Shown here: positions 62,801 through 64,000 of the stretch, piece by piece
How positions within the stretch are numbered: the stretch's first letter is position 1
Layout: every line of letters begins with the position of its first letter
Assembly: GCF_052425735.1 (NCBI RefSeq)
Contig: NC_135762.1
Coordinates: forward strand, 22,878,001 to 22,942,000
Direction of reading: 5' to 3'
Source of the DNA: Oculina patagonica
Taxonomy: Eukaryota
DNA length: 64,000 bases
Program-made: the position numbers and the translations under genes
Notes under the pieces: model-generated
Seen by the model: the letters and a program-made list of their open reading frames with translations, nothing else
Told to the model about the DNA's origin: nothing
Database searches by the model: none

Positions 62801-64000
62801 TAACAAAAGCTAAGATAAGGTTATGAGAATGATCACTAAAGGCAAATTGCTTTAATATTTAAACAAGTTCTCCCAACTAATACTACAAGAAAATGTAGAG
62901 AGATCAGTCACGAGAATTTTTATGTGAATATTTATTAGGGCTTTTAAAAAGCGTAAAGTGAAAGATTATAATTCTGGTTTGGATTTATTGGCGTTGTACT
63001 TGTGTAGTGTAAAGTTAAGTTTTGTATCCAAGTTGCAACGAGTTTTTCGTCTGTCTGTAAAATATAAAATATGCTTGAATAAATAAGTGTAAATATGTTT
63101 TTTGTTCTTGAACTTGTATTCCTGTTAATTCCACAATAAAACGCATTTTCCGCCCTATTTCAGGACAGATTTGGCGCAATGTTGACTTTAAAGTCATTGC
63201 AGGAATGTTCTTACGGTGGCGCTATTAAAGCAATACCTTTATACGTTGGTTAAGCCCTTTCCATCCCCAAGGCTGATCAGCATTATGTTTCTCCCAACAA
63301 TTTCAATACAATAGCAATCAGACAAGTAACGAGAATAAAAAGAATCATCAGCTAGGAAAGAACAAAATAATAAATGCCAATTTTGGAAATGTACGCCGTT
63401 TGAATAATATAGTTTTATTTTCTAACAGCAACTCATTTTGTACTTTTGCTATTAGTAAAAAGGTATTGTGCACATTAATTTCTCAGGCCAAGAGACGAGA
63501 CGTGACGTGTGAATTAATTAGTCACCAACAGTGATTTCCCCTGCTCCGAAGATTTTTCTTCGGGCTCAGTCCCAGTCAGTCTATCTTTTAGTGTGTGATA
63601 GCTCTCTCCTCCGCAGAGGCTCCTTCAGCCGGAGGAAGGCGAAAAACACGAAAAATGGTAAAATAGGGGGAGCGCGGGGGACGACGGGAAAGGCGAAGCG
63701 GCAGTGTTCCCCGCGCGCTTTCGTTTCGATTACCCTCAGGCTCCGCGCGCTTACTTTTCACCTCTCCCGATTTCCCTGGCCGTACGAAGGAGAGAGGTGT
63801 GATAGACCGTTGAAACGAAAATCGCGCGTAATTAGGACACCACGTAGGGTTCAAGCTTTATTGCAGCTTTTCAAAGGGAAAAGGAGATATTATCAACTAA
63901 TTGTCAAATCCATACAAACGCTGATAGTACGCTCAATTTTAAATTTATACAATCTTTTATAGTAGGCTTTGGTCACTTGTGGTTCAGTCTTAATTTTTCC

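Noticed and set aside
63531-63962. 143-aa ORF near the window end
   Set aside because: Non-ATG start, overlaps a GC-rich MITE-like repeat, no recognisable domain.

Overview
AT-rich, intron-containing eukaryotic DNA, probably from a marine invertebrate such as a stony coral (inferred from gene content and repeat style, not proven). Left part: a tRNA-Glu(TTC) gene and a 9-exon MFSD12-like MFS transporter (4966-14491, +) with a long acidic loop insert that carries an apparent +1 frameshift. Right part: a TIMP/NTR-family gene cluster. Three tandem minus-strand two-domain TIMP-like genes lie in duplicated units of roughly 9.5 kb (before insertions); copy 2 is a pseudogene. A divergently transcribed plus-strand gene encodes an N-domain-only TIMP. 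The most striking signal is that the three tandem TIMP-like proteins keep the exact TIMP N-terminal register but have lost all four cysteines of the two inhibitory-ridge disulfides (Cys1/Cys70, Cys3/Cys99), and paralog substitutions cluster on that ridge. The cluster is heavily invaded by mobile DNA: two L1/Tx1 LINEs, CR1/L2 LINEs, an Academ-like transposon, a MULE-like element, several MITEs, an asymmetric-ended TSD-less family, and a Penelope-like foldback that captured nearby host sequence. Empty sites in sister units allow several insertions to be delimited exactly. All coordinates and translations were worked out by hand.
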